Positions 26,255 to 37,800 of a stretch of 64,000 nt of DNA are shown here, piece by piece. This DNA is from Tricharina praecox. Taxonomy: Eukaryota. The position numbers and the translations under genes are program-made. Location of the stretch: assembly GCF_024521635.1 (NCBI RefSeq), contig NW_026250404.1, positions 2,356,001 through 2,420,000 on the forward strand, written 5' to 3'. The notes below the pieces were generated by a model. That model saw nothing but the letters and a program-made list of their open reading frames with translations, had not been told where the DNA came from and ran no database searches. The stretch's first letter is position 1, and each line of letters begins with the position of its first letter.

Positions 26255-27516
26255 AAATTGCCGGGAAAATGATTATCTCAAGAATCAGATGCCCACCCCC
26301 ACCACCCACCCCCTCTGCCAGAAAAGTTCGACCGCCGCGGACTTGCAATACTTTCCTCACTCCTGGCCCGGAGATAGCTGACCTCCCAGCCGCGGAGAAG
26401 GTCGAGAGAGAGGAGTTCGTTACCTCCGATCTGATGTGAGCCACCACCGTGATGATCCAGGTAGTCCGGGTCCACCTGTGCAGATTTCCAGGCCCACGAT
26501 TCCCTAGGCTCCCAGCATATCTACATAGATCACGATCGCGAAGGGCAGTCGTGGGTTGGCTGTGGCGATGTGATAAATGGCCGTGAAGCCTCGTAAATGG
26601 TAACCTTTTGTAATGTTTCTGAGTTTCGGGGAAGATCACCGTGGGAATCTCGTCCACTCGGACTCAATTCGACCGCTCTCGAATGGACATTTCCACGTCC
26701 AACCATCGTCACGTAACACACTGCCCCCATGGCCGCACGGAGGCTGGTTCGATTGTCCGTCCCCTACCTTCCCCACCCCTGCACCCACAAGCAAACACTA
26801 ACTCCGTCACCATCGACGGTCTCTTCAAATACGCGGGACCGGGATTTGTTGCTGCAAAACCACCGGGCATTGGACTTTTTGGCTGGACTCCCCATCCTCA
26901 TCAATCACCACTTGTTCCCCTCCCCGACAGCTCATCAACCTGCCTTGTGGCTCCCGGCCCCGTACCCACTCGTTAGTATTGCTGTTCCTAATCATCTACT
27001 TAAGAATGCTGCCGAGACCATTGCTCACATGTGCGCATACCGACGTCTTCTAGCCACCGCCGCCGTCCTGTAACGTACGCTTCAACACTTCTTCCGCCGT
27101 GTTCTCCTGCGCTGTTGTCGACGAGAAATCTTTGATCCGTCGAGACACAAAGAGCCTCGCAATACGACAAGTCACCCCGCCTCGTTCTTGCCCGCCCTTC
27201 CTTCTAGCCCGCCCTTCCTTCTAGCCCGCCCTTCTTTCTCGGCCGCCCTTCCCACCCTTCCCCTCTGTGTCCCCTCCGTCCCCTCCCTCCTCTCTCCGCT
27301 TCTTTCACTCTGCACTCCTCTCCCCCCATTCCTCCCCCGCAACACCAGAGATAGCCATACCTCCGGTGTCGCACCCAATTCCCCGCCCCCCCACGACAAG
27401 CGACCGACAGCGACCGAAGCTTCCGGCTTCCTCCCAAACAAACGTACACACACCGCCCACTTGGCGGTACTCAAGAAACAACCACGGCGTCACCCCAGAT
27501 CCCGGGCTTCCCCAGA

Positions 27517-28814
27517 ATGCCGGAACACATACCAGCGGTTGAGTTGGACGAAATCGACTACGAGAGTCTCGGAGGAGGCAGTCTCGTGTCGAACCTGTTG
27601 GCTGGAGCCTTCGCGGGCATCATGGTATGCGGCATGCAGCTCGGCGCACTTGGATGTTGTTGTCGGTGTTGTTGGCTGACGCTGTGAGTAGGAACATACG
27701 GTTATGTACCCGATTGACGCTATCAAGGTATGTGCTTCCGTTCTTCCCTGGCGCTCAATCGAGTCGGAGTTGTGGATTGAGTGTGTGGTGGGTTGTGAGT
27801 TGTGAGTTCGTGATGGATGGTTGACATCGTTTGTGTGCAGACCAGGATGCAAATCATGAACCCGTCACCGAGCGCGATGTACAACGGCATCGCCCACGCT
27901 GCGGGAAAGATCTCGGCGACCGAGGGAGTGAGATCGTTGTGGCGCGGCATCGCAAGTGTTGCGGTCGGTGCGGGTAAGTCTTGATGCTTCCCTGCTTCCC
28001 CGTCCCTCGTCCCCGCCCCCGCCTCAAGATCGGCGATTAGAGACTCCCGCTTTATCAGATGGATCGACTAATCTAATGTTTCTGCCGCAGGTCCCGCCCA
28101 CGCAATCTACTTCGCTACTTACGAGAGCGTCAAGCATAACTTGGGAGGCAACATCGGAAATGAGCATCACCCCTTCGTCGCTGGTTTTGCCGGCGCTTGC
28201 GCTACTACCGCGAGCGATGCCCTCATGAATCCGTTCGACGTCGTGAAGCAGCGGATGCAGGTCCACGGATCTACATACAAGTCTATCGGTGATTGTGCCA
28301 AGACGGTGTACCGCCTCGAGGGACTGAAAGCCTTTTACATTTCGTATCCGACAACGCTTGCTATGACCATCCCATTCACCGCGATACAATTTGCGGCATA
28401 TGACTCCCTCAGCAAGTTCTTCAACCCCCGCAGGGGATACGATCCCATGTCTCACTGTCTTTCCGGAGGACTCGCTGGCGCTGTCGCTGCATCCGTCACG
28501 ACTCCCTTGGATGTCATCAAGACCCTCCTGCAGACCCGCGGGACTGCTAGGGACGAGCGCATCCGGAACTGTAAAGGACTCTTTGACGCCGCCAAAATCA
28601 TCCATGAACGCGAGGGGATGCGTGGCTTCATGAGGGGACTTCAGCCTCGCATCGTCACTACTATGCCGTCCACTGCGATCTGCTGGTGAGTTTTTTGTTT
28701 CTCCCCGGGTGACGAGTGACGTGGGGAAATGCTCATTGTGAATACAGGACTGCCTACGAGATGGCGAAGTTCTACCTGATACGGAACAGCGCGGAGTCTT
28801 CCAGAGCCTCCTAG
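27517..28814 (+). CDS. MRS3: Mitochondrial iron carrier Mrs3/Mrs4 (mitoferrin, MrsA)
   Basis: DYESL..[110 protein letters not shown]; three carrier repeats. Confidence 0.95.
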
Positions 28815-29839
28815 ATGACGATACGATACCATTGCTAACCACCTTTCCCCTGTGAGCACTTACTACAACTTCAGCTTTCTAGATCAGCATCATTACAAGC
28901 GTACCTTTCTTCTCCCTTGGTTCCTGCGACGAGAATTGGTATCTGTTATGGGAGGCTTTGGTTTTGTCTGTTTGTGTGTTTTTACTAGTTGGGCCGAGGG
29001 GTGGGGGGATTGGCTTTCTTTCTTTCTTCAGTCCTGTCCTCTCTTGTTCAAGCAAAAAGTTCCATTTTCCTTGCATGTGTGTACAAAAGCCCATCATCAT
29101 TGTCTCTCTTCCCTACCTATATTACTACCTGCTTGGTTTCATCTTTGTCTACTACTATCGCAATTCGGGGTTTTCAGGGGGGTCTGGGTCTGCGTTTTTC
29201 CCTCTTTTCCTCTTTTCCTCGTTTTTTACTGCGGTTTTGTTTTTCGTTCGGCTTAGCGGGGCGTGGGCGTGGCGAATACGGGGAATAAGGGGAATACGGG
29301 CGGTTATAGATACTTGAAGTTTCCTTTGCGGGCGTGATGTGTTCTGTCTGGTGTCGGGGAGGGGGAGGGGGCGGTCATGATTCATGAGTCGGAGTGGGAG
29401 AGGTTCCTTTTGGACGGACGAGGGGAGTGGTGGTGTCTTAGAGGTATATAGATTTGGCAGGGGCAGGCACAATGGGTGGCTGACGGTAGGACGGTGGGAC
29501 GGTGGGACGGTGGGATAATCATGTAGACCGCGGGACGGACGGAAGAATCTTCACGATTTCAATCACCGCCTTATGTCTGGCCTCAAAGTCCACTCACGAC
29601 CCATCCAACCCGAGCCAGAAACCGTGACCCTCGCTCCCTCCCTGTGCGCCCCTCATAGCGGGGTTGAGTGTACTTACCCGGCCCCCGCACGGCCGGCCAC
29701 CCACCCATCCATCCACACCACACACCCACGCGCGCCTCCCGCAACCGACCGAAAATTGTATCTCCCTCCTCCGGCCCCGACCTCCGAACTCGAGCTTTCC
29801 CGTTGTACACCCCCCACCACCAGCACATCCGGCGCCGCA

Positions 29840-30407
29840 ATGTCAAAACCGGCACAAGCCATCTCCACGGCCATGGGCGTCGTCACCGCCGCCCATAAGT
29901 GCATGTCGACCGTCAAAGTCCGCGTCGCAAAACAAGTGTGGAACGCGCACCTGCGGAAGGTGTGTCCTTCCTCCCCCTGCCCCTCCTCCCCCCACCCCAC
30001 CCACTAACACGCACGAGTAGAACTACACACGCCATACCTCCTACCTTTGCGACGACCACGCGCTCGCGTGCGTACCGGGGGACATCGTCACGATCGCCAG
30101 CGGCCTGCGCACGAGCAAGAGCAAGCGCCACGTGGTGGACGCGTTCGTGTCGGCTGTGCGCACGGGCGAGGAGCGAAAGCTGCCCGAGGGCGTAGATGGA
30201 TGGGTTAAGCGCAGGGAGATGATGAAGCAGGAGAGTAAGAGGGTCGAGAGGAGGGCCGCCAGGGCGGAGCTTGCGGAGGCCGCGGCGAAGGTGAAGGACG
30301 CGGGGAAGGTGAAGGGCGCGGTGAAGGTGGAGGGCGCGGTGAAGGACGTGGCGGGCAAGCAGAAGGGCATGGCGGGCAAGCAGAAGGTGCCGGTGGCGCA
30401 GAAATAA
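29840..30407 (+). CDS. MRPS17: Mitochondrial ribosomal protein uS17m
   Basis: GVVTAAHKCMSTVKVRVAKQVWNAHLRK|NYTRHTSYLCDD..CVPGDIVTI..RTSKSKRHVV (S17 OB-fold pattern); one intron. Confidence 0.85.
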
Positions 30408-30978
30408 ATGAATGGTTGGATGGATGGGGCTGGTGTACAATATTCAATGGATACTGGGTCAAGGCACTTCTGTTGCGGGCGGATGTGATAGCGTCACTGG
30501 GTGGCACTCGGTCATGTCGATCATTGGGATACAAATTCAAGGCAAAGACGAGTACATCGGCCTATGGACGGATAACCGGTGGCTAGCACTAGACATCAGG
30601 GTGGCATGCCCGGAATCTGAGTGTCTAGGCGGCGGTACCGGGTGGGATACCTACTCCCTGGGCTTGGGGAACGGGAGTGGGGCATCTGGTACCGTATATC
30701 ACAATCGAGCTGGTCGGGATTAACGGGGGTAGATAATGGACATCGCTCCAACCGACGGTGTTCAGCTGCGGGAAATGGGTAATATAGGTAATAGTGATGA
30801 CGGCGGCGGAACGCTTGACTCCGCCGAACATGAGCCGCTTGACTTCGACGATTCGATTGGTATACACCCGCTCTCTATATAGCAGGAAGTAGTTGCTCGA
30901 GCGTATGCTCCAAACCCACCCCCACCACCCACCATTCCCCAGTATTCCCACCCCACCCCCCTTCCCACCCCCCCTCCC

Positions 30979-31328
30979 CTACTCTTGAGTAGCCTTCACC
31001 TTCTCCACCTCCTTCTCCCACTCCGCCCCCGTGTACAACTTCTGACTCCACGCGTGCACGGTGGCAATCTCCTCCTTGAGCGCCGTATTCGCGATGCGAT
31101 GGCGCATCAGGCGTGTCTTCCCCAGGAAATGGTCCGAAACTATCACCGCCTCGAACATTTGGCCGCAGCCGCCTTTTTCGCCATCGCATCGCGTCAGCAC
31201 ATGGATTCCCGGCGACGGGGGAGGGGATGGGAAAGACCAGAGACGTCGACGACTTCGATGTGGCTTGCGTCGAGCTTGGTGCGGATTGCGGATTCGAGGT
31301 CGGACAGGGTGAGGCCGGCGGTGGTCAT
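30979..31328 (-). CDS. BolA-family Fe-S trafficking/iron-sensing protein (Bol2/Fra2 type)
   Basis: Spliced IEVVDVSGGCGQMFEAVIVSDHFLGKTRLMRHRIANTALKEEIATVHAWSQK with conserved Cys (GGCG) and His (HAW) ligands. Confidence 0.9.
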
Positions 31329-31381
31329 TGTGGATTGTGGACGGAAGGGTGCGGAACGTGGAAGAAGAGTGCTGATGGTGG

Positions 31382-31390
31382 TTATCTGAT
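31382..31390 (-). promoter_or_regulatory. SreA-type GATA element ATCAGATAA upstream of BolA gene
   Basis: TTATCTGAT on + strand, about 55 nt upstream of the BolA ATG. Confidence 0.5.
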
Positions 31391-31710
31391 GTGGCGATTA
31401 TGCGGGTGTGTGCACTGTCGAGAGCAGGTCGTGGTGTGGTGGTGGTGGTAAGGCTGAGTTAACGTTCGAGGATCGGGGGGTGGGGGGCGGTGACGTGATT
31501 AACTAGCGGGGCTAACTAGTAGTGGGGTATAGTGTCCCTCTAGCGCGGGCCTGGGCAGAGTCCGACGCCCGTGATGCAGACAGACACCAATCTATTCTCA
31601 ATTACACCCATATTCGCATGTATGTATCGCACGTAATCGCAAACTCGGGAAATACAGTAGACAAGTAAGCAAAGCAAGCAGGCAAGCAACGCTCTCATCC
31701 ATCCATCCGA

Positions 31711-34350
31711 CTAAAAGAGGCCCAAGATATCCTGATTGGTCTTCTTACTCCCCAGCTGTTGTGATGGCGAGGCTGTCCCGCCGATATCCAAGCCCTCGAA
31801 TCCGTTCGACAGTCCAGCGCCTCCTCCTCCACCCCCACCCATCCCGAGACCAAAGAGATCATCCATATTACTACCACCGCCCACAACCGGACTCTGCACC
31901 TCAGGGGAGCCCATCAGATCCGCGAGGCCACCTGGCGGCGGCGGCGTAGCGGCCGATGGCGTCGCAGGCGACGCGCCGTCAAAGTCGATATCCAGCAAGT
32001 TCTCGATATTGTTCTTCTGGCCGGTGGCGGCGGTGATGGGATTTTCCGCGGCGTTCTCGCGTTGCTCCTCGATGGCGCGCTTCATGAGGATTCCGAGCCC
32101 CTTGCCTCGGCGCGCTTCCATGAATGCCGATGGAGGCTTGTGGTATACGCTGGCCAGAGTGGAAAGCTCCGCGAGAAGCTGCTCGAGGAGCCCCTGCGGA
32201 AGGTTTTGGATGGTCGAGGTGATGGCGGGCTTGTCCGCCAGGACTACTTCCCGCGCGATTTCGTTGTCCGGGTTGATGGAGAGAAGTCGCCAGTAGATGT
32301 ATGCGCGGTCGCGGATGTCGGGGTTGTCGCATTCCGATGTGGCGTTCTTGAGAACAGTCTGCAGAAGTTGCTGTGCCTCGTCGCGTTTGGCGGGGGTTTG
32401 CGATGTCTTGAGGAAGAGTTTGACGACCGCAGTGATGATTTGAAGTTGGACCTGCAGTCAACTATTAATAGCTGTAAAACAATCGTCAAGACGGCCAATA
32501 TACCTGGGTGGATTCATCCTGGAAACTCTCTACGAAAGACCCCAAAATCTCGCCTGCGTCGTTGATCTTCTCTGCATACTCTCCCACAATCCAGATCAGC
32601 GCGCCTCGTGCGTTGGGTTCGTCAATCTCGTCGATGTTCTGGCACAGCTTCGGAATGATTCCCTCGTATCCTGGGTACTTCCTGAAGATGTCCTACCAAC
32701 CATCAGCCTCCTGTGCATCGTAGAAAACAGCTTATAAAACCTACCTTAACCACTACAATGGCCTCCTGCACCACGTAGTTAACCTTGGTATTGATAAGAT
32801 CCAACAGCACGGTAACACATCGTTCCGCAGCAGAATCAATCTTGATAGCGCACTGCCCAATAGCCTTGACTGCGCGCTTGACAAAGTCCATATCAACCTC
32901 CAGTGCATACTCCTTGAGCTCCATCAGGAGCTGGTCGATGTTCTTCTCGTTCGCTATCCGGATCATGATGTCCAGCTTCTCGAGCTTGACGTATGGCGGG
33001 TCGTTGTATTTACAGAAGAAGACGCGGATCTCTTTTGTCAGGATGTCGGGCTGCGCCTGAAGAAGGAGGTTTATGTTCCGCAGGGCCACGTACTGCACCT
33101 CTGGCTGAGAAGATATGAGTGTCACTATAGTAGATGAGCATCGCGCACCATCTCCGAGACGGCTGGGGACAGACCTAGCGGCGGCGCCATCTTTCGTAGA
33201 TACTGCTTCATCATGTCCGGTCCGATGCCCTGCATGTGCAAGAACACCACCTTCACGGCTGCCAAAACCACACTAGGGTTTACGTGCTGGAACTGGGGTA
33301 CCACTCGCTCGCAGATGTGCTCCCTCTCTTTCACGTCCTCCGTTCTGTAGTCCGAGAGTGTAGTAAGAATCGTGACTCGCCCCCACCTGTTCGCCATCAG
33401 CCCTTCATCACCAGCCAGCCGCAACAACATGCAGAGACCCACTCAGTACACTCATTCAGCGCCATCAACAGCTTCTTTAGCGTCGCCGGCGTAACAGTGA
33501 GAGCATTAGTGTCGGGATCACTCTCTCCAATCTCCGACAACGCCTGCACCGAATTCGCCACGACCATCGGATTTGAGTCACCGATCATCTCCTGGAGGAT
33601 TTCTAGGAACCCGTTCTCGATGCACACCTTCGGGTTCAGATCGAAAAACTTCGCTACACAGATCGCCGCCGTCTTCCGGACATACGGTGACTCATCGCGC
33701 AGTGTCTTCCGCAGCGGCTCCTCCATGTAGTCCACGATCTTGTCGACGCGGATGCAGCCCATGGTTCGGATCGCCAGCGCACGGATGAGCGGGTTGGGAT
33801 CTTCCGAGTCCTGTGGAGGTCAGTACGAGGCGACTGCCGAATGTGGGATGGACGTACCTGAACGAAGGTGTTGACGGCGAGGATACATAGGTCGGGGTGG
33901 GTCTTTGCATAGTTCCTATATCCACCCCGTATCAGCACACACACACCAACCAACCCCGACGGCAGCAATGGAGTTTCTCACATGAGGTATAGATACACCA
34001 ACTTCTTCTGGTCCAGATCACTCGTTGCCTACCGCCGCCACCACAGAGCATCAGCCAGCGGCTCCCTCCCCAGCACCATCACCAAGGTAGCTATACCATA
34101 TTCTTGATGATATCCGGAAACAGGGCGGATACGTCCTTCCCCAGCGTCATGGACGCGATAGTACTCCGAATGGCTTCTTTCCTGCGCACCCCACCACAAC
34201 CACATCAGCTCCATCCACGCGCACCCCCGAGATCGATCCCCCCACCTACCTCTCGTGTGAATACTGCGAGTTCAGCCCGTTCCGTAGCTCGAAGGTTTCG
34301 CCCTTCCGCGGCGCGGTGGGGAACATGCTGCGTATTCTGTTGGCGGCCAT
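31711..34350 (-). CDS. APL2: AP-1 clathrin adaptor complex beta subunit (beta-adaptin)
   Basis: [105 protein letters not shown] clathrin box, ends DILGLF*. Confidence 0.93.
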
Positions 34351-35055
34351 TGTGTTTGTCGACGTTTTTGGCGGTTGGTTGACGTGGTGGTGGTGAGGGT
34401 GCTGGTGAGCGAGAGAGCCTGGAGCTGTGGTTGCCAGGTGCAGTTGGCTGGCTTGGCAGTACCTTACTTTCACACATACATACCCGACGACTTGCAGGTA
34501 AGTTACTCTGCACGCGAACGCTGAACCATCGCGAGGAAGTGGAAATGGTATGTCTCGATCTCTCTCGTCTCTCGCTCTCTACAGCTGGAGTACAATCTGA
34601 CGTGGCCAAAGGCGAAGTTTGAAATCCCCAACCTACGAAACCTCTTTGCCGCCTCGAGGACGGAGGAGGAGGAGAGGACGTACAGCCGGACAGCTGTGAG
34701 AGAGCCCCACCTTCCTTGTTGGTATATCGACACTCAGCTAACGGACATCTACAGTTCTACAATCTACTGCTGTTTGCCACTTCAATCGCCGCATATAGTT
34801 TCGTCGCGCAGCATTTGGGAAAGAGTCGGCAGCTAAAGTGACGGGAAAGCAGAGAGAGTAATAGCTCTATTATCCCATTATTCGGTGATGGAAATATTAA
34901 CATTCACATCTCCTCAGTGACCCGGCAAGCAAAATGACAGACCTAAAGCAAACCATGCAGAGGTATCGTACAAGAGGGTGGTAGGTAGGATAGAAAGTGG
35001 GGGGAGCGCCCGAGGGGTATATTAAAGGTGTACAGCGAGGTGTCGGCGGTGGTAA

Positions 35056-36666
35056 TCAGTCGGAGTCGCTCTGACCATCCAGAAATTCGAGACCCTCCAA
35101 TCCGCGCGATCGCTGTACCTGTTGTTTGTCAGATCCAGTGTCCACATGTAACTCAGCAGTCAGGAGGATAACTCACCAGTCTTCGCCCAGTACTCGGAGA
35201 GCTGATGGAGGTTCTTCCGGACCGGGTGGTAACCATGCCGTCGTTGGTATTGTTCCAATCTGAGACGCCCGCTTGAACTCCGGCAACCTCGTCCTCCAGT
35301 TCGCGTCTCGCCTTGATCTTGGTCGCTTTCGCGAGGGAGTAGTGGCCCGACATTCCTGCGTCTGATAACATCTGCCTCAGGTGCTGGATCTTCTCCTTGG
35401 GTGTGTCGCATTTTGCTAGTTCTCGGGACCACATCTTGCGGATCTGGGGATTGTCAGCAACTTTTGAAGGTCAGTGCGTGATAGCGGGGCACATACACCA
35501 CACTTGACGAGCCAGCCTTGCAATGTCTTGATCTGTTCCTCGTCGGGAGAGGATTCCTTGCCCTGTCGTATGTTAGCCCCATGCTACGGTTGATCGATGC
35601 GACGACGAGGACGACATACCGAAGCCTTCGCCTTAGCCTTAGTGGCCTTTTTGGGCTTCGCAGCCGCAGCCTTTCCTTTCTTCTTTGTGTCACCACTAGC
35701 GGCAACAGCTTTACGGCCACGAGCTTTCTTCTTTGGCGTCTCATCTAGCACAACCGACATCTCACTCTCGTCCCCGGACTCCCCTCCTGCGGATTCCCCA
35801 TTCTGCTCCGCCTTCAATGCAGATGCCTCCTCGTTCTCACTGTCGACTATTTCCGCTTTCGCAGCCTTTGCAGCCTTCGGGCTCGCCTTGGTCGCCTTGC
35901 TCGATGGACTCTGCACGATGCTTTTCTTGAGCTTCTTCTTCGGTGGTTCCGGCTCGTCGAGGAAGTCGTCGGGCAGGTCTGACAGCACGCTGTCGTCATC
36001 TTCATCCTTTGGTTCCACATTCGGCGTCGAGTGTCTCTCCGTCACCTCTACTTCCTTCTCCTTCTCCTCCTCCTTTTCCTCGTCCTCCCCCTTTACCACC
36101 TTCTTCACCCTTGCCCTCGACTTAGCGACCGGCTTCTTCTCTGCAGCAGTCTTGGTGGGTCGGCCTCGTTTGCGCGGTTTCGGCGCGATGTCCTCTTCGT
36201 CCTCGTCCTCGTCCTCGGCACCGCCCACGTCTGGCTCGGGCTCCGAGATATCCTCCTTCTTCGGCGCAGGCTTCTTCGCCGTAACCTTCTTTGCCGTAGC
36301 CTTCTTCGCCGCGGGGGCCTTTGCGACGCGTTTCTTCTTTTCGGGCGACGTCTTCGGCGGAGGAGCCTCCATGTTGGCATTTTGAATATCCTACGACACG
36401 CGGACGCGTCAGCGCACAAAACGCGTGAACCCGCTCTCAATCGATGCCACACTACATACCCCCTCCTGCAGGACAATCTCCTTCGACTTATCCTTCCAGT
36501 ACGGGTCCGATTTAAAGAAGCCTTCTCCAAGTTTCAATTCCTCGGCGACCTCATTGCGGACCGTCCGCAGCGTTACCGATTCAGGGTCTTTACGGAATGC
36601 GTCGGCTACAGCCTTGCGCAGGGCGCCGGCGATCTGGGCGTCGCGGGACTCGTCGCGATCATTCAT
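35056..36666 (-). CDS. HIRIP3-like histone chaperone (N-terminal DEK-C-like domain, charged linker, C-terminal HIRIP3-type domain)
   Basis: VTLRTVRNEVAEELKLGEGFFK..WKDKSK; C-terminal QIKTLQGWLVKCGIRKMWSREL..KIQHLRQMLSDAGMSGHYSLAKATKIKARREL; ends GQSDSD*. Confidence 0.7.
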
Positions 36667-37800
36667 CGTATAGTGTGAAGGGGTAAGTATCGAGGTGACT
36701 TGGCGCGCGTGTTGTGGTGGAGGTGGAGGTGGAGGGTGGCAGTGGTGGTTGGGGTGGTGTGGTGTGGTTGATGTGAAGACGGAAGGGCCGAGCTAGCGGT
36801 CCAGGGTTGTTTGCATTGGGCGGGTCTTGGGTCCGGCGTGTTTGAGATCACAAAAGGGCTGAAAATTGACTCTGGCGGTTTTTACATACTCGACGCGGCG
36901 ATTTTGGCTCAACTGCCTGCCCCATACGGAGATTTACTCTATCATAGTAGCAGCGATCAGGTCCGCGCGGACTGGTGGCTGGGTATAGTATAGGTATACG
37001 GCTCCATCTGTACTTGGAGCGGATTCCGCAGCGAGTGGATAGCGGAACAGGACTTCATATCGAGATGGGTTCTTCATGCTGTCATTCAGCCTGCAGTGTG
37101 GTCTATCTTCCAGGCACATCTCCATTCGTGCAGAGTTTGATATGTAAAACGGACGCAGCTGCGTTCCCCTCTGCCGACTGGCTCTATGTATACATAGTAT
37201 CCTGGGCATCTGTCCCGCAGTCCGGGCGAGCAGAGCGCGAATATAGAAGATATGGACGATCTACTATCGTCCGTAGAGTGTTTACCTCTCCAGCCTATTG
37301 CGTGTTGGCATGGAGGGGCATTTCGTTGGGTTATTCCCTCCCGTTACCAAGGATGACGTAGTGGGGCTTTTCCGAATGGCACTCAGTGCCCAAGTGATCT
37401 TCTTCTTCCCCTCCTCTGCCTCTTGTCTTCCCTTCGTCTGCGCCTTATCTAGAGATACCCTCCCCCCACCCCCACCTCCACCAGCAACTGCTTCTGCCCT
37501 CTTCAACTAGCCTTCTGTTCTTCTCTCCCGTCTTAAAAACTCCCCTTTCTCCCTTTGCGAACTGTCGCCGCTCACACATCAAACTATCTCGCTTCCACTC
37601 CCGTCCCCATCTGTACCGCCATTAGCCATCACCCGCTTCGTGTCTCACTCTCGATCGGCGGTCCCCGTCCCCCGCACTCATCACTCGCTCCATCATCTCC
37701 AGCGAATACCTTCCACCAAGTCCCGATCTCACAGCCACCACCCCCGCCGGAACGGTCCCCCTTCCATCTCCCCGTCTAAACACACCTACCTACCGCAGCC

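Noticed and set aside
37160..37800. STRE-like CCCCT/AGGGG sites upstream of TPS1
   Set aside because: Biologically plausible, but 5-mers are too frequent in this C-rich sequence to support a call
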